A model generated the notes under the pieces. That model did no database searches, was not told where the DNA came from, and saw only the letters and a program-made list of their open reading frames with translations. DNA of 32,000 nucleotides from contig NC_002677.1 of NCBI RefSeq assembly GCF_000195855.1, forward strand, positions 2,730,001 through 2,762,000. The letters run 5' to 3'. This document shows, piece by piece, positions 1 through 11,812 of the stretch. Position 1 is the first letter of the stretch. Each line of letters opens with the position of its first letter. The DNA is from Mycobacterium leprae TN. Lineage in GTDB: Bacteria; Actinomycetota; Actinomycetes; Mycobacteriales; Mycobacteriaceae. Made by a program: the position numbers and the translations under genes.

Positions 1-216
1 GCGATGGCCGGAATCAAGCTCAACGACGCCGACTTCGCCGGCCTGCTGACCGAAACCATTCAGTATGCTATGGTAATTACCACGCGCGCCGAGGCAGCTC
101 AGCAGCTGGACACCTTGCAGGTACCACGACTAGACCTACCGGCCATCTCCGACGGAGTCGACCTTGGTAACCTGTATGAGCTTTCGGAATCGCTTGCACA
201 ACAGGGGGTTCGATGA
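1..216 (+). CDS. C-terminal part of an ArsA/anion-transporting ATPase-like protein (Rv3679-type), truncated by the window edge
   Basis: Open frame from base 1 to the stop at 214-216. It overlaps the next ATPase gene by 4 nt (ATGA), and this tandem pair is the Rv3679-Rv3680 arrangement. Confidence 0.8.
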   Translation, partial: AMAGIKLNDADFAGLLTETIQYAMVITTRAEAAQQLDTLQVPRLDLPAISDGVDLGNLYELSESLAQQGVR

Positions 217-1358
217 CTGCCCCTACTTCCCACAGGCCGCCTACCCTCGATATGGCAGCGATTTTGGCGGACACTTCCAATCGAGTGGTGGTGTGCTGCG
301 GCGCCGGGGGCGTAGGCAAAACGACCACTGCGGCCGCGATGGCGTTACAGGCGGCCGAATATGGCCGCACTGTAGTCGTTTTGACGATCGACCCGGCCAA
401 GCGGTTAGCACAGGCATTGGGAGTCAACGACCTCGGCAACACCCCACAGCGGGTCCCGCTAGCACCCGAAGTCCCCGGTGAATTGCACGCGATGATGCTT
501 GACATGCGCCGCACATTCGACGAAATGGTCGTCCAATACTCCGGACCGGAGCGGGCACAAGCGATTCTGAATAGCGAATTCTATCAAACGGTCGCCACAT
601 CGCTTGCTGGCACGCAAGAGTATATGGCAATGGAGAAGCTCGGTCAACTACTTAGCCAGGACCGCTGGGACTTGGTAGTGGTCGATACCCCGCCGTCACG
701 CAACGCACTGGATTTCCTGGACGCGCCAAAACGGTTGGGAAACTTCATGAATAGCCGACTGGGGAGGCTGCTACTCACCCCCGGACGAGGTATCGGGCGG
801 CTGGTGACCGGAGCCATGGGATTGGCGATGAGAGCCCTGTCTACGGTGCTCGGTTCACAGATGCTGGCCGACGCAGCAACTTTCGTGCAATCGCTGGACG
901 CGACATTCGGCGGTTTCCGCGGAAAAGCCGATCGCACCTACGCGCTGCTGAAGCAGCGCGGCACCCAGTTCGTGGTGGTATCGGCGGCCGAACCCGACGC
1001 ACTGCGCGAGGCGTCCTTCTTCGTCGACCGGCTATCGCAGGAAAATATGCCGCTGGCAGGGCTCATGTTAAATCGCACCCACCCGACATTGTGCGCGTTG
1101 CCCGTGGAGCAGGCGATCGACGCAAGCAAGACGCTGCAAGACGAGATCACCAATTCCGCGGCCGCATCCCTGGCGACAGCAGTGCTGAGGATTCATGCCG
1201 ACCGCGGGCAGACCGCCAAGCGCGAGGCCCGGTTGCTGTCTCGCTTCACCGGCGCTAACCCCCACGTACCAGTCATCGGGATACCGTTGCTGCCGTTCGA
1301 CGTATCGGACCTAGAGGCGCTGCGTGCGATCGCCGATCGCCTCACTGCGAGCCACTGA
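213..1358 (+). CDS. ArsA/GET3-like anion-transporting ATPase (Rv3680-type)
   Basis: 381-aa ORF with a P-loop ([43 protein letters not shown]) and switch-like [20 protein letters not shown]. Confidence 0.93.
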   Translation: MTAPTSHRPPTLDMAAILADTSNRVVVCCGAGGVGKTTTAAAMALQAAEYGRTVVVLTIDPAKRLAQALGVNDLGNTPQRVPLAPEVPGELHAMMLDMRRTFDEMVVQYSGPERAQAILNSEFYQTVATSLAGTQEYMAMEKLGQLLSQDRWDLVVVDTPPSRNALDFLDAPKRLGNFMNSRLGRLLLTPGRGIGRLVTGAMGLAMRALSTVLGSQMLADAATFVQSLDATFGGFRGKADRTYALLKQRGTQFVVVSAAEPDALREASFFVDRLSQENMPLAGLMLNRTHPTLCALPVEQAIDASKTLQDEITNSAAASLATAVLRIHADRGQTAKREARLLSRFTGANPHVPVIGIPLLPFDVSDLEALRAIADRLTASH

Positions 1359-1462
1359 AGAACCCCGGGAATAGTAACAAGTTAAGTAACTTTGAGTAAT
1401 GCGGGCCTTCCGGAGGCGTCCTCGGTGAACTAAAGCCCCTGATCGACTGAGCCTATACAAAC

Positions 1463-1813
1463 TTAGCTAACATTGCGGTGCTTGCGCGTGTCGAAGAAAT
1501 CCGCCCACGACACGACCTCGGGATGCTGCTTGAGCAGTGCCCGGCGCTGGCGCTCGGTCATGCCTCCCCAAACACCGAACTCAACCTTGTTGTCCAACGC
1601 GTCTGCCCGACACTCCTGCATTACCGGGCAGTGACGACAGATCACCGCGGCTTTACGTTGAGCGGCACCCCGGACAAATAACTCATCCGGATCCGTCGCC
1701 CGACACAACGCTTTGGAAACCCAGGCAATGCGCTCCTCGGCGTCGACACTATGGAGAGGACTCTTGGCGGCGGACAGGTTTGTTCTACGGGCGGCCGGTC
1801 GTGTTTTTGCCAC
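1463..1813 (-). CDS. whiB4: WhiB-family iron-sulfur transcriptional regulator, WhiB4-type
   Basis: 116 aa with four conserved Cys (LCRATD ... VICRHCPVMQEC) and the GVWGG turn followed by basic RQRRALLK. It is divergent from ponA2 and downstream of the ATPase pair, as in M. tuberculosis. Confidence 0.93.
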   Translation of the reverse strand: MAKTRPAARRTNLSAAKSPLHSVDAEERIAWVSKALCRATDPDELFVRGAAQRKAAVICRHCPVMQECRADALDNKVEFGVWGGMTERQRRALLKQHPEVVSWADFFDTRKHRNVS

Positions 1814-2035
1814 GAGCTGTTACCTTCCTCCCGGCCGCAATTCACGGCCGCCTTCCTCTGGTGAAGACCGTTATGCGATCTACGCCACACCATCTTCATA
1901 GTTGTTATATATCTCACTGTGAGTCTACAGTTAAGTGTGACCAGAGGCCAATTGCACAACAATCTGATAACGCTTTTTTAAGGACAAGCGTTCCTTCCCG
2001 ACGTGATCATGGTAAGGAGCACTGCGCACCACTTT

Positions 2036-2077
2036 TAGGAGCCAACCAGTGACGCGTAGGAGCCAACCAGCGACGCG
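2036..2077. repeat. 21-bp tandem duplication (taggagccaaccag[t/c]gacgcg x2)
   Basis: Copies at 2036-2056 and 2057-2077 differ at one base; they lie about 110 bp upstream of ponA2. Confidence 0.95.
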
Positions 2078-2186
2078 CACGAAAACTTCGGTGCTGATCA
2101 TCGACAAAGTTGCTGATAACCAGTCGCTCAAGATTTCTATGCGACTTCACTGCTAGTCGCCACAACTGGGGGCTACCGTAGTACAC

Positions 2187-4598
2187 ATGTCAGAGCGCCT
2201 CCCAGCCGTCCTCGCAGTTCTCAAGCTTGCGGGGTATTGCCTATTGGCCGGCGTTGTCACCACCGCAATGATGTTCCCGTTGGCCGGCGGACTGGGGGTG
2301 ATATCCAACCGTGCTTCGGAAGTGGTAGCCAACGGATCGGCCCAACTTCTCGAGGGCGAGGTGCCCGCGGTATCGACAATGGTCGACGCGAAGGGAAACA
2401 CGATCGCGTGGCTGTACTCGCAACGCCGATTCGAGGTACCCACCGACAAGATCGCCAACACCATGAAGCTGGCCATCGTTTCCATCGAGGATAAACGCTT
2501 TACCGACCACAACGGTGTGGACTGGCCGGGCACCCTGACCGGACTGGCCGGCTACGCATCCGGCGACGTGGACACTCGCGGCGGTTCGACGATCGAGCAG
2601 CAGTACGTGAAAAACTATCAGTTACTGGTAACCGCTCAAACCGACGCCGAAAAACGTGCGGCCGTCGAAACCACCCCGGCACGCAAGCTGCGCGAGATCC
2701 GGATAGCGCTCACGCTGGACAAGACGTTCACCAAACCCGAGATCCTGACCCGCTACTTGAACCTGGTGTCGTTCGGCAACAACTCTTTCGGCGTGCAAGA
2801 TGCAGCGCAGACCTACTTCGGCGTCAACGCGTCCGACCTAAATTGGCAACAAGCAGCACTACTCGCCGGCATGGTGCAATCGACCAGCACGCTCAACCCG
2901 TACACCAACCCTGAAGGCGCGTTGGCCCGGCGAAACTTGGTGCTGGACACCATGATCGAAAACCTACCGCAGGACGCCGAGGCACTGCGCGCCGCCAAGA
3001 CTGAGCCGCTGGGGATATTGCCACGGCCCAACGAGCTGCCTCGGGGCTGCATCGCGGCAGGCGACCGAGCATTCTTCTGCGACTATGTCCAGGAGTATTT
3101 GTCCCACGCCGGGATCAGCAAAGATCGGCTAGCCAAGGGCGGCTACCTCATCCGCACCACTCTTGACCCTAACGTCCAAGCCCCGGTCAAAGCGGCCATC
3201 GACAAGTTCGCCAGCCCAAACCTGGCGGGCATCTCCAGTGTGATGAGCGTAATCACCCCGGGCAAAGATGCCCATCGCGTGATCGCGATGGGCAGCAACC
3301 GCAGATACGGGCTAGACACCGAGGCCGGTGAAACCATGCGACCACAGACATTTTCCCTGGTCGGCGACGGGGCTGGGTCGGTCTTCAAGATCTTCACCAC
3401 GGCCGCCGCACTGGACATGGGGATGGGCATCAACGCCAAACTCGAGGTTCCGAGCCGGTTCCAGGCCAAAGGGATGGGAAGCGGCGGAGCCAAGGGGTGC
3501 CCTAAGGAAACCTGGTGCGTGATCAACGCCGGTAATTACCGAGGGTCGATGAACGTCACCGACGCCCTAGCCACCTCACCCAACACCGCATTCGCCAAGC
3601 TGATCCAGCAAGTCGGGGTGGCGCGCACGGTGGACATGGCGATCAAACTCGGGTTGCGGTCCTATACAACCCCCGGCACAGCCCGCGACTATAATCCGGA
3701 CAGCAACGAAAGCTTAGCCGACTTCGTAAAACGGCAGAACATCGGTTCGTTCACCCTGGGCCCGATCAAGGTCAACGCGCTGGAGTTATCGAATGTCGCG
3801 GCGACGCTGGCATCGGGTGGGATGTGGTGCCCGCCGAACCCAATTGACAAACTGTTCGACCGTAACGGCAACGAAGTTGCCGTTACGGTCGAGACCTGCG
3901 ATCGGGTGGTGCCCGAGGGTTTGGCCAACACGTTGGCCAACGCAATGAGCAAAGACACAAAGGGCAGCGGCACCGCGGCCGGTTCTGCCGGTGCAGCAGG
4001 CTGGGATCTACCAATGTCAGGCAAAACTGGCACCACAGAAGCCCACCGATCCTCCGGCTTCGTAGGTTTCACCAACCACTACGCAGCGGCCAACTATATC
4101 TACGACGATTCCACCTCGCCAACGAATCTGTGCTCCGGTCCACTGCGGCACTGCAGCAACGGTGACTTATACGGCGGTAACGAGCCAGCCCGAACCTGGT
4201 TCACCGCGATGAAGCCGATCGCCACCAAATTCGGTGAAGTCCGCTTGCCACCGACCGATCCGCGCTACGTCGACGGTTCTCCCGGTTCACAGGTGCCAAG
4301 CGTGACCGGACTGGACCTGGACGCGGCGCGCCAGCGCCTGAAGGGGGCAGGTTTCCAGGTTGCCGATCAGCCCACCTTGATCAACAGCACCGCCAAGCTC
4401 GGCGCAGTGGTCGGCACCACACCCAGCGGCCAAACAATTCCGGGTTCGATCATTACAATTCAAACCAGCAGCGGCATACCGCCGGCTCCGCCACCGCCGC
4501 CGGAAGGCGGCCCGCCGATGCCACCCTCGGTTGGATCGCAGGTCATCGAAATTCCCGGCTTGCCGCCAATCACCATTCCGCTACTAGCGCCTCCGTAA
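2187..4598 (+). CDS. ponA2: Bifunctional class A penicillin-binding protein with C-terminal PASTA domain
   Basis: 803 aa. Glycosyltransferase motifs (SIEDKRFTDHNGVDWPG, RGGSTIEQQYVKN), transpeptidase SVFK, SPNTA and SGKTGTTE motifs, and a C-terminal PASTA-like VPSVTGLDLDAARQRLKGAGFQV, followed by a Pro-rich tail. Confidence 0.96.
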   Translation: MSERLPAVLAVLKLAGYCLLAGVVTTAMMFPLAGGLGVISNRASEVVANGSAQLLEGEVPAVSTMVDAKGNTIAWLYSQRRFEVPTDKIANTMKLAIVSIEDKRFTDHNGVDWPGTLTGLAGYASGDVDTRGGSTIEQQYVKNYQLLVTAQTDAEKRAAVETTPARKLREIRIALTLDKTFTKPEILTRYLNLVSFGNNSFGVQDAAQTYFGVNASDLNWQQAALLAGMVQSTSTLNPYTNPEGALARRNLVLDTMIENLPQDAEALRAAKTEPLGILPRPNELPRGCIAAGDRAFFCDYVQEYLSHAGISKDRLAKGGYLIRTTLDPNVQAPVKAAIDKFASPNLAGISSVMSVITPGKDAHRVIAMGSNRRYGLDTEAGETMRPQTFSLVGDGAGSVFKIFTTAAALDMGMGINAKLEVPSRFQAKGMGSGGAKGCPKETWCVINAGNYRGSMNVTDALATSPNTAFAKLIQQVGVARTVDMAIKLGLRSYTTPGTARDYNPDSNESLADFVKRQNIGSFTLGPIKVNALELSNVAATLASGGMWCPPNPIDKLFDRNGNEVAVTVETCDRVVPEGLANTLANAMSKDTKGSGTAAGSAGAAGWDLPMSGKTGTTEAHRSSGFVGFTNHYAAANYIYDDSTSPTNLCSGPLRHCSNGDLYGGNEPARTWFTAMKPIATKFGEVRLPPTDPRYVDGSPGSQVPSVTGLDLDAARQRLKGAGFQVADQPTLINSTAKLGAVVGTTPSGQTIPGSIITIQTSSGIPPAPPPPPEGGPPMPPSVGSQVIEIPGLPPITIPLLAPP

Positions 4599-4669
4599 AC
4601 CCGCAAAGGGCGCTTTGCCAACGGACTTGCGTTGTCTTGTCGGTCCGAGACTAACAGTAGGCTGCTTGC

Positions 4670-5779
4670 ATGGCTGACACACGCCTGACTACCCCACTTT
4701 CCCCCTCGCCGCTGCGCTGCTGGAGACGCCTCCACACTGGTCCTGCGGCCCGCGCGAAAGTCAGGGGTCACCGAGCATGGCCCATTTTGATCCGCACCGG
4801 TGCCTTAGTGCTCAGCTCCGCAGCCACAGGGGTCGGTTATGCCTCGATCGTCGAGCGCAACGCGTTCGTCCTACGTGAGCTGACCATTCCAATCTTGACG
4901 CCGGGCTCCACGCCATTGCGAGTACTGCATATCAGCGATATCCATATGATGCCCCACCAGCGTCGCAAACAAGCCTGGCTCCGCGACCTGGCCACCTGGC
5001 AACCCGACCTGGTAGTCAACACCGGTGACAACTTGGCGCATCCCAAGGCAGTACCCGGGGTGATCCAAGCATTGGGCAATCTGCTGTCTCGGCCAGGTGT
5101 CTTTGTGTTCGGCAGCAATGACTACTTCGGACCACACCTAAAGAATCCGGTGAACTACCTGACCAACCCGACGCACCGGGTCCGTGGTAAACCGTTGCCG
5201 TGGAAGGATCTGCGGGCAGCGTTCACTGAACGCGGCTGGCTTGACCTGACCCACACCCGTCGCGAGTTCGAGGTAGCTGGACTGCACATTGCCGCCGCAG
5301 GCGTGGATGACCCGCACATCAGCCGGGACCGGTACGACACAATTGCAGGCCCCGCCAGCCCGGTTGCGAACCTGCGACTGGGGTTGACCCATTCGCCGGA
5401 ACCGCGGGTGCTGGATCGCTTCGCCGCCGACTGCTACCAGCTGGTGATGGCCGGCCACACCCACGGCGGCCAATTGTGCCTGCCGTTCTACGGAGCCCTA
5501 GTCACCAACTGTGGCCTGGACCGGTCTCGGGCGAAGGGGCTATCACGCTGGGATGCGGATATGCGGTTGCATGTCTCCGCGGGAATAGGCACCTCACCGC
5601 TTGCGCCAATGCGATTCTGCTGCCGACCCGAAGCAACCCTGCTGACGTTGATCGCCACCCCGATGGGTAGTCGAGTCGAGAGTCCCGTAAGAACCGGGGC
5701 CGTTCGCAACCAACAGCTGCAGTGCGTTGAACGGGCACATCGAGATAGCGGGCCACGACCTCCCACGCAACTGGACTGA
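4670..5779 (+). CDS. Membrane-anchored calcineurin-like metallophosphoesterase (Rv3683-type)
   Basis: Motifs RVLHISDIHM, DLVVNTGDN, VFGSNDY, THSPEP and MAGHTHGGQL. The true start may be downstream of 4670. Confidence 0.88.
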   Translation: MADTRLTTPLSPSPLRCWRRLHTGPAARAKVRGHRAWPILIRTGALVLSSAATGVGYASIVERNAFVLRELTIPILTPGSTPLRVLHISDIHMMPHQRRKQAWLRDLATWQPDLVVNTGDNLAHPKAVPGVIQALGNLLSRPGVFVFGSNDYFGPHLKNPVNYLTNPTHRVRGKPLPWKDLRAAFTERGWLDLTHTRREFEVAGLHIAAAGVDDPHISRDRYDTIAGPASPVANLRLGLTHSPEPRVLDRFAADCYQLVMAGHTHGGQLCLPFYGALVTNCGLDRSRAKGLSRWDADMRLHVSAGIGTSPLAPMRFCCRPEATLLTLIATPMGSRVESPVRTGAVRNQQLQCVERAHRDSGPRPPTQLD

Positions 5780-6796
5780 CAACGCAATCCAGCTGATCGA
5801 GACCGACGCTCGTCGCAGTGCTGACACCCACTTGCTACGGTACCCGCCTGCTGTCGGCCTGATACATAGATGTCGACATCGATCTGTACCTCAAAGACGA
5901 GACAACCCGTATAACCGGCAGTCTCAAACACCAACTGAGACGCTCGTCGTTACTCTATGCGCTGTGGCAAAAAGTGTATCAACGAAGGCATCACGATGGT
6001 GGAGGCGACGGCGGTCTCCGAGGTCTGCTTCGCAGGCATTGCTCGGTCTGCCGTTCATCTCTTGTGATGCCGGCGGCAACCCAGTGCTTCTAAGGTGGCA
6101 CTCATCGACTCACAAGGCGAACCAGTGCCATTTCGTGAAGAACTCAAGCAAGATATCTACGCCTAGGCTCAACGTCTCGCGCAGAATAACAGCGGCACTA
6201 TCTGGACCAGGTTGCCAACACCGAGCAGGCGACCGACTGACGCGGCAACAACAACATCGTCGAATCGATCTAAATTACAAATACTCGAAGAGAAACACCT
6301 CATTCCGAGATGGATTGTGATAGAAACTGGCACTGGCGGAACCAGCGCGACGATCGTCCGCTCCATCCGTTACCGGCGGTACGGTACGTACGCCAAAGTT
6401 CGATACGACATCGTCATGCCCACGTCGTCCTGCATCGAGGGCATAGGGCGACCGCTGGCTGAGCCATCATTCCTGCCCGGGGTGGTCGACCGGCATGTTC
6501 GCGGTTCCAAACCCAGCATCGATCGTCGCCACCCGCAGGGAACGTTCGTCCTGCTCACCGAGATGGTAGCCACAACCGTTCGGTGGTCACTTTGCTCGAC
6601 GACAGTGGCAACCACTACGTCGACCCCTAATGCAACGACGACTGGGGGCAGCGCCCAAGGATGCAATCTCAACAGGCCTGCCGAGACGCTGGTGAAGTTC
6701 GAACGATCGTGCCATTGGAGAGCTGACTCGCACTGCCTAGGGCACCGCAATTTGGCCAGTATGACGGCCGGTGCGATAGGCTGTCGTCGCTTAAAG

Positions 6797-6870
<74 letters not shown>

Positions 6871-7479
6871 CTGAAAGTGCCCGGTGGCAAAGGTTGTCAC
6901 CCCAGATAGTTTTCTTGGCCGGGCTGTTGTCATTGACGGCAACCAATTACGGCTTGAGCACAACGTTGCTAACAGCCGTCTAGCCAGAACGGCGAATCCT
7001 GACCCGATGGATCTAGAAATGTTGCAAACCCTGCTCAAGTCCTAGGGCAAGATTCCGGATACCGCAGTCGCGCGGGTGAGCGCACAGGTTAGGTGTCGCG
7101 CCAACTCGCTGCGTCAACAGCTCGAGCACGATCTTGGATAAACTCGAAAGCCACGGCGATTCGGGGCTGAAGAGCATCCAAGACCTCGCAGGTTTAAGGA
7201 TTGTCACCGATATGAATCGCAAGGAACAAAATGATCGGGTTCGCCGAGAAATCAAGGTCCGCCGGCCACGACAATCACCGCCGCCACTTCCTCAGCCTGC
7301 GCGGTGACGGCGTCCCGGTAACTACCCCGACACGACGGGCCATTGCTAACTTCTTTCTGTTCCGCACACAGTAATGAGATCCTTTCCGGCGAAATGGTTC
7401 TGACTCTTTCACCTAACTGTCGACGAAAGTGACTGCACCATCGCGTACATTGCTGCCACCTCTGCCGATGCAAACAGAC

Positions 7480-7900
7480 AGGCCTATGCAGTAACCAGGC
7501 CGTTCATGGAAAACGGTGTCCTGAAGTAAGTCGCTTCGGGGTCTAAGACGACTGTCTTGGTTTCGTCTGACCAGGTCACGATTTAGCGGGCCATCTGCTC
7601 GAACGAGATCTTCTTCGGCCTTATGACATTCACGATGCCGCCCAATCGTTCACCTGTGCCACACGGGCGACCTCGGCTGCGAGTTCGGCGGCAACGATAG
7701 GCTGGATAAACGCGTCCGGTAGTCGCACCTCACCGTCGGCCATGAGCTACGCCGAACTCGCATCGGTGAATTCCGCGAACTGGGTGGCTCGCACGATCAA
7801 GTAAATATGGAATTTCCGATTCTTCGAAGAGCTTCTCTTGAACGATCTTCGCCCGCTAGTAGTAGCTTAGGATAAATTGTTCGACATCAACGATTAACAT
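7480..7900 (-). pseudogene. Remnant of an NmrA-like/SDR-family NAD(P)-binding oxidoreductase
   Basis: Minus-strand reading: LIVRATQFAEFTD ... DGEVRLPDAFIQPIVAAELAAEVARVAQ ... GIVNVIRPKKISFEQMAR*IVTWSDETKTVVLDPEATYFRTPFSMNGLVTA*, with stops and frameshifts. Confidence 0.65.
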
Positions 7901-9869
7901 CTACGACGTAGTGTCCAACGTCAGCTGCTTTCGCAGCAGCCACCAAAATAGCCGTCAATTTAGTGAAAAATCCGTAGCGTGGTAGCGCATTTTGTCTACA
8001 ATTCTTTCCCCGAGTACCCCAGTTCCACCAATCGCAACGTCTTCACTGTTTTCCCTATCAGAAATTGTACCGAGACGCTGTAAGCGCACGTCCCCAAATT
8101 TAGTTGGTGATACGCAATACCCAAGCGTAGAAATACGTTAAAGTCGTCGGTGAAGGATTCTGGGTCCGGTTACAGCGTCGACATAGCAGTACTGACTGGA
8201 TACCACGTCCGTTCCGCTTGTGGTCCACCACGACGAACCCCGTCAGCAAGCCTTCCAGATACTAAGAATCCCGCTCGACACCGATGTTCTTCACCGATGG
8301 GTTAGTCTAGCGAAAATACAAGGCTATTTACGACGAAATCACCTACACAGCAAACTCTTGAGTAGATAGAATGGGTTTTCCATTAAACTGCCGTGGCAGA
8401 TGCTATGCTTCGCGGCCTGGCTCCAACAGCGGGATATGGCGGGGATGCCGCGATGGTGATAATACCGGCACCAACAGAAGCCGATTCGAACCGAATATAG
8501 ATATTTTCCCGGATAAAATCGCGATATTAGGCACCGGCTTGCCAGGTGGCTGCTGGCTTCTGACATTACGGAAGCACTGGGAACCGACACCGTGTTCGCT
8601 GTCAACGCTGCATGCACCAACAGCGTTGAGCACACACATCGCGGACACAATGTCGGAAAAATGCTAATTGAAGTTGATGTTGTAGCAAAATCCACTGTCG
8701 GGTAGCCGATTACAGCTCGTGGAAGGAACCGACCGTCGACCCGAGGAATAGCGGACGAAGCTTGATACTAATCAGGGCCATCAACAACTCGGTAGAGCTG
8801 GACAAGGCTTCACCCGGAACCACGCTACGATATCTCCTACCGTAGTGTGCCTATCTTTCCTGAACTGGAGCCACCGTACATGAAATAGCCTGCGGTCAAG
8901 GCGTGATCGTATGAACTCCTCCTGCACTACCGCATAAGTAAACTGTTTTCATTGACCCGCAGTAGGGGACAAGATGGATGTGACTCGCTCACCGATTACC
9001 CATGGCTGGCTGCCTGCCGTGCCCAGTGGGGAACGGGAGTCCAGCAACCTACATAGGTCGAGCCCTTAACCTATCGTTGGCAAACGGATCACTATCGACG
9101 GCCGTGCGACGCATCTTCACCGTACCCGCACCGCATCCACATAAGCGCATCTGCACGTGATTCGGACTCTGACTTGCAGCTGGCCTATTCATTTGCTAAG
9201 AGCTGCATTACCGAGGTTTTGCATACGTGGACGCGGCCTGGTAATGGAATCCAATGTTGCTGCAGCTAGGTGCAGAATTGGAGCGGGCTTTCCTGGCAGG
9301 CGTGTGCCACGACGTCAGTTCAATCGAACCAGGCTAAACATTGGTAACCGAATGGAAGTGCTCTCAACAGATCCCCGCGGATAGCACAGTTCCATCATAC
9401 TGTTTACGCGACAACAGAAGCTGACAGCAGATGCGCGAATACTTCATGCACAGATCGTTGTATTTGTATAACCTCACGACAGGCTATCCGCACGCCTGGA
9501 CGATTCCACCGTCTAACAGACGATGGCCAAGACAATGTTCGGGGCGATCGAATTCGACGAGTACGGCGCGGAGGCACCGCTTGCGGCTGCACCCACCAGC
9601 TCTTCACTTAATCTATTGGCTGTGTCAGATCTGGATTCGGCGTATCGGTACGGCATTGAAGTCGCCCTCGCCGAATCACTAGTGGCGGTGACCCTGATGT
9701 TGCTATTCGGCTTGCATCACTAAAATGCGCGGCGCCTCAACTGGGCACTTCGTGTCGACGAACTCGCCACGTTTGCGGGATTCTCTAGCCAATACCCTGA
9801 CAACCTCGTCGTCAGGGAGCTATCTCGCCTGTTTATCCGAGAGTACCTCGGTCTGGATCGCGGCCAGCA

Positions 9870-10511
9870 ACTTGGGTCTTAGAAACCGCAACGCGGGTAC
9901 AGTCACTGGGAAAGATTGCGATGGGCCTGCGGGTGGTTTCCGACGACGGTAGCCCGGAACATTTCCGGCAGGCGCTGTTTCGCGTGCTGGCGTCGGTGGT
10001 GGAAATCTGGATGTTGTTAGGAAGTCCCGCGGTAATCTGCAGCATGTTGTCACCTAAGGCCAAACATATCGGCGATATCTTTCCCGGCACAGTCGTAATC
10101 AGTGAACGCCGTCCTCAGCGCGGTCCTTCGCCGGCTATGCCACCGTCATTGGCGTGGTGGGCGTCGTCGCTGCAGCTATCGGGCCTCAACACTAGGCAGG
10201 CCGAGCTCGCACACCAATTCCTTTCCCGAGCACCGCAACTTGATCCCCAACTACAAGAACAAATGGCTTACCGGATTACTGGTGACGTGATGTCTCGTAT
10301 AGCCCCACCACCCCCGTCCAGCACCCCGCCACAACTGATGCTGGCCGCCGTGCTCGCCGAAAGACATCGCCATAAGCTGGTACAGCTTCGTCCAACACCG
10401 GTCGGCCCGACACCGTCGTCACCGACGGTGTCCAAATATCCCGTCCCTCCCCGGGTTGCCTGGGCAGGCATTTGCAGCACCCAATTCCTAGTCGCATCCG
10501 GACATCGGTAG
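9870..10511 (+). pseudogene. Remnant of an RDD-family membrane protein (Rv3695-type)
   Basis: Open frame ETATRVQSLGKIAMGLRVVSDDGSPEHFRQALFRVLASVVEIWMLLGSPAVICSMLSPKAKHIGDIFPGTVVISERRPQ ... RIAPPPPSSTPPQLMLAAVLAERHRHK. The N-terminal membrane region is not recoverable in one frame. Confidence 0.7.
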
Positions 10512-10912
10512 ATTTTCGCTCCTTTCGCTAATGCACGGCCACGGCCGCCAGTGTGGCGAAGTTGGCAACCAACAGCGCCCCATCGACACAGTGAGACTGC
10601 GATGCTCGCGGGGCGTTTCACGAAAAAAGCAGAGTACCCGATGACCAACACCGCCAGCAGAGGTTAGCCGTAGAACAACACGCCTAAATCAATCTCCCCA
10701 GATCCTGGGTTGGTACATAGGTGACCATCGGTACTCATCACGGCACGAAGCGCAAAAACATAACGGTCACTGCCAGCCACCAACCCGGTGCACAACACGC
10801 ACAGCGCGCCCAACGATAGGGTGCCGTTCTTAACTGTTCCTCAAGCGGTGCGACCTTCACACAGCTGAACGCAACAAGCCTGACACAGATAACGGTGCAT
10901 CACGTTAGTTAA

Positions 10913-10938
10913 ACGATATTTCGTGATATTATCATCGT
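10913..10938. promoter_or_regulatory. Candidate operator upstream of the PadR gene
   Basis: acgatatttcgtgatattatcatcgt: 5-bp outer inverted repeat ACGAT/ATCGT plus a direct repeat gatatt (10915-10920, 10925-10930) spaced exactly 10 bp. Confidence 0.4.
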
Positions 10939-10980
10939 AGGATTATGGCCAGTGCTTCTCAAACACAAAGGATTACGAAT

Positions 10981-11547
10981 ATGAACGACCCATTCCTTCC
11001 TCCTAACGGACCTTTCGCGGCAGAGCCAAGCCTCGGATTCGGTTTCAGCCCTGGCCCTGGCCCGGAGTTCAGTTTCAGCTTTGGCCCGCGTCGCCGCGGC
11101 GACGCGGGCCGAGGCCGACGCGGCGACGTGCGGGCAGCCATTCTGATGCTGCTCACCGAGCGGCCGATGCACGGCTACCAAATGATCCAACAAATCGCCG
11201 AACGGAGCAACGGAATATGGCGGCCAAGCCCCGGCTCAGTGTACCCGACGCTCCAGCTGCTCTCCGACAAAAACCTGATCACGGCAAGTGCAACCGACGG
11301 CAGCAAGAAGCTTTTCGAGCTAACCGACGATGGCCGCGCTGCGGCCGCGAAAGTTGAGATGCCGCCGTGGGACCAGATCGCCCAAGGCATCAATCCTGGA
11401 TACATCAACCTACGAACAGCCATGAACCAGCTGTTCGGCGCGGTCACGCAATCTGCACACACCGCCAGCGCCGACCAACAACAGCGCATCATCGACACCA
11501 TCAACAACGCACGACGCGAGATCTACGGCATCCTCGGCGAGAACTGA
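10981..11547 (+). CDS. PadR-family transcriptional regulator
   Basis: RRGDVRAAILMLLTERPMHGYQMIQQIAERSNGIWRPSPGSVYPTLQLLSDKNLITA is a typical PadR winged helix. AAAGGA at about 10966-10972 sits 8-9 nt before ATG 10981, favouring this start over the track's 10945. Confidence 0.9.
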   Translation: MNDPFLPPNGPFAAEPSLGFGFSPGPGPEFSFSFGPRRRGDAGRGRRGDVRAAILMLLTERPMHGYQMIQQIAERSNGIWRPSPGSVYPTLQLLSDKNLITASATDGSKKLFELTDDGRAAAAKVEMPPWDQIAQGINPGYINLRTAMNQLFGAVTQSAHTASADQQQRIIDTINNARREIYGILGEN

Positions 11548-11812
11548 CCTATCCCGTGAACACACCATGAACAGGCCAGCCAGACTAACGTATCGTTGTG
11601 CAGAAAAGTCCACTCAAGCCACTCGACGGACCAGGTAGCGGACGCTTCAACAAATGTTGATAGAACTCTACGGCAATACAGTCGAGCGAGCCAAATGCTT
11701 CATCCGCAACAGCGCGGGACTGGAGAAGCCGGAAGTGAGGGCACCCACAAAAAGTGCCACCACTTCCCGTCGACAGAGATTGAACCCCGGTCAGCAGTCC
11801 TCATGCACTACG

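Noticed and set aside
3143-4075. Minus-strand ORFs of 127 and 128 aa inside ponA2
   Set aside because: Antisense shadow frames of the intact penicillin-binding protein gene.
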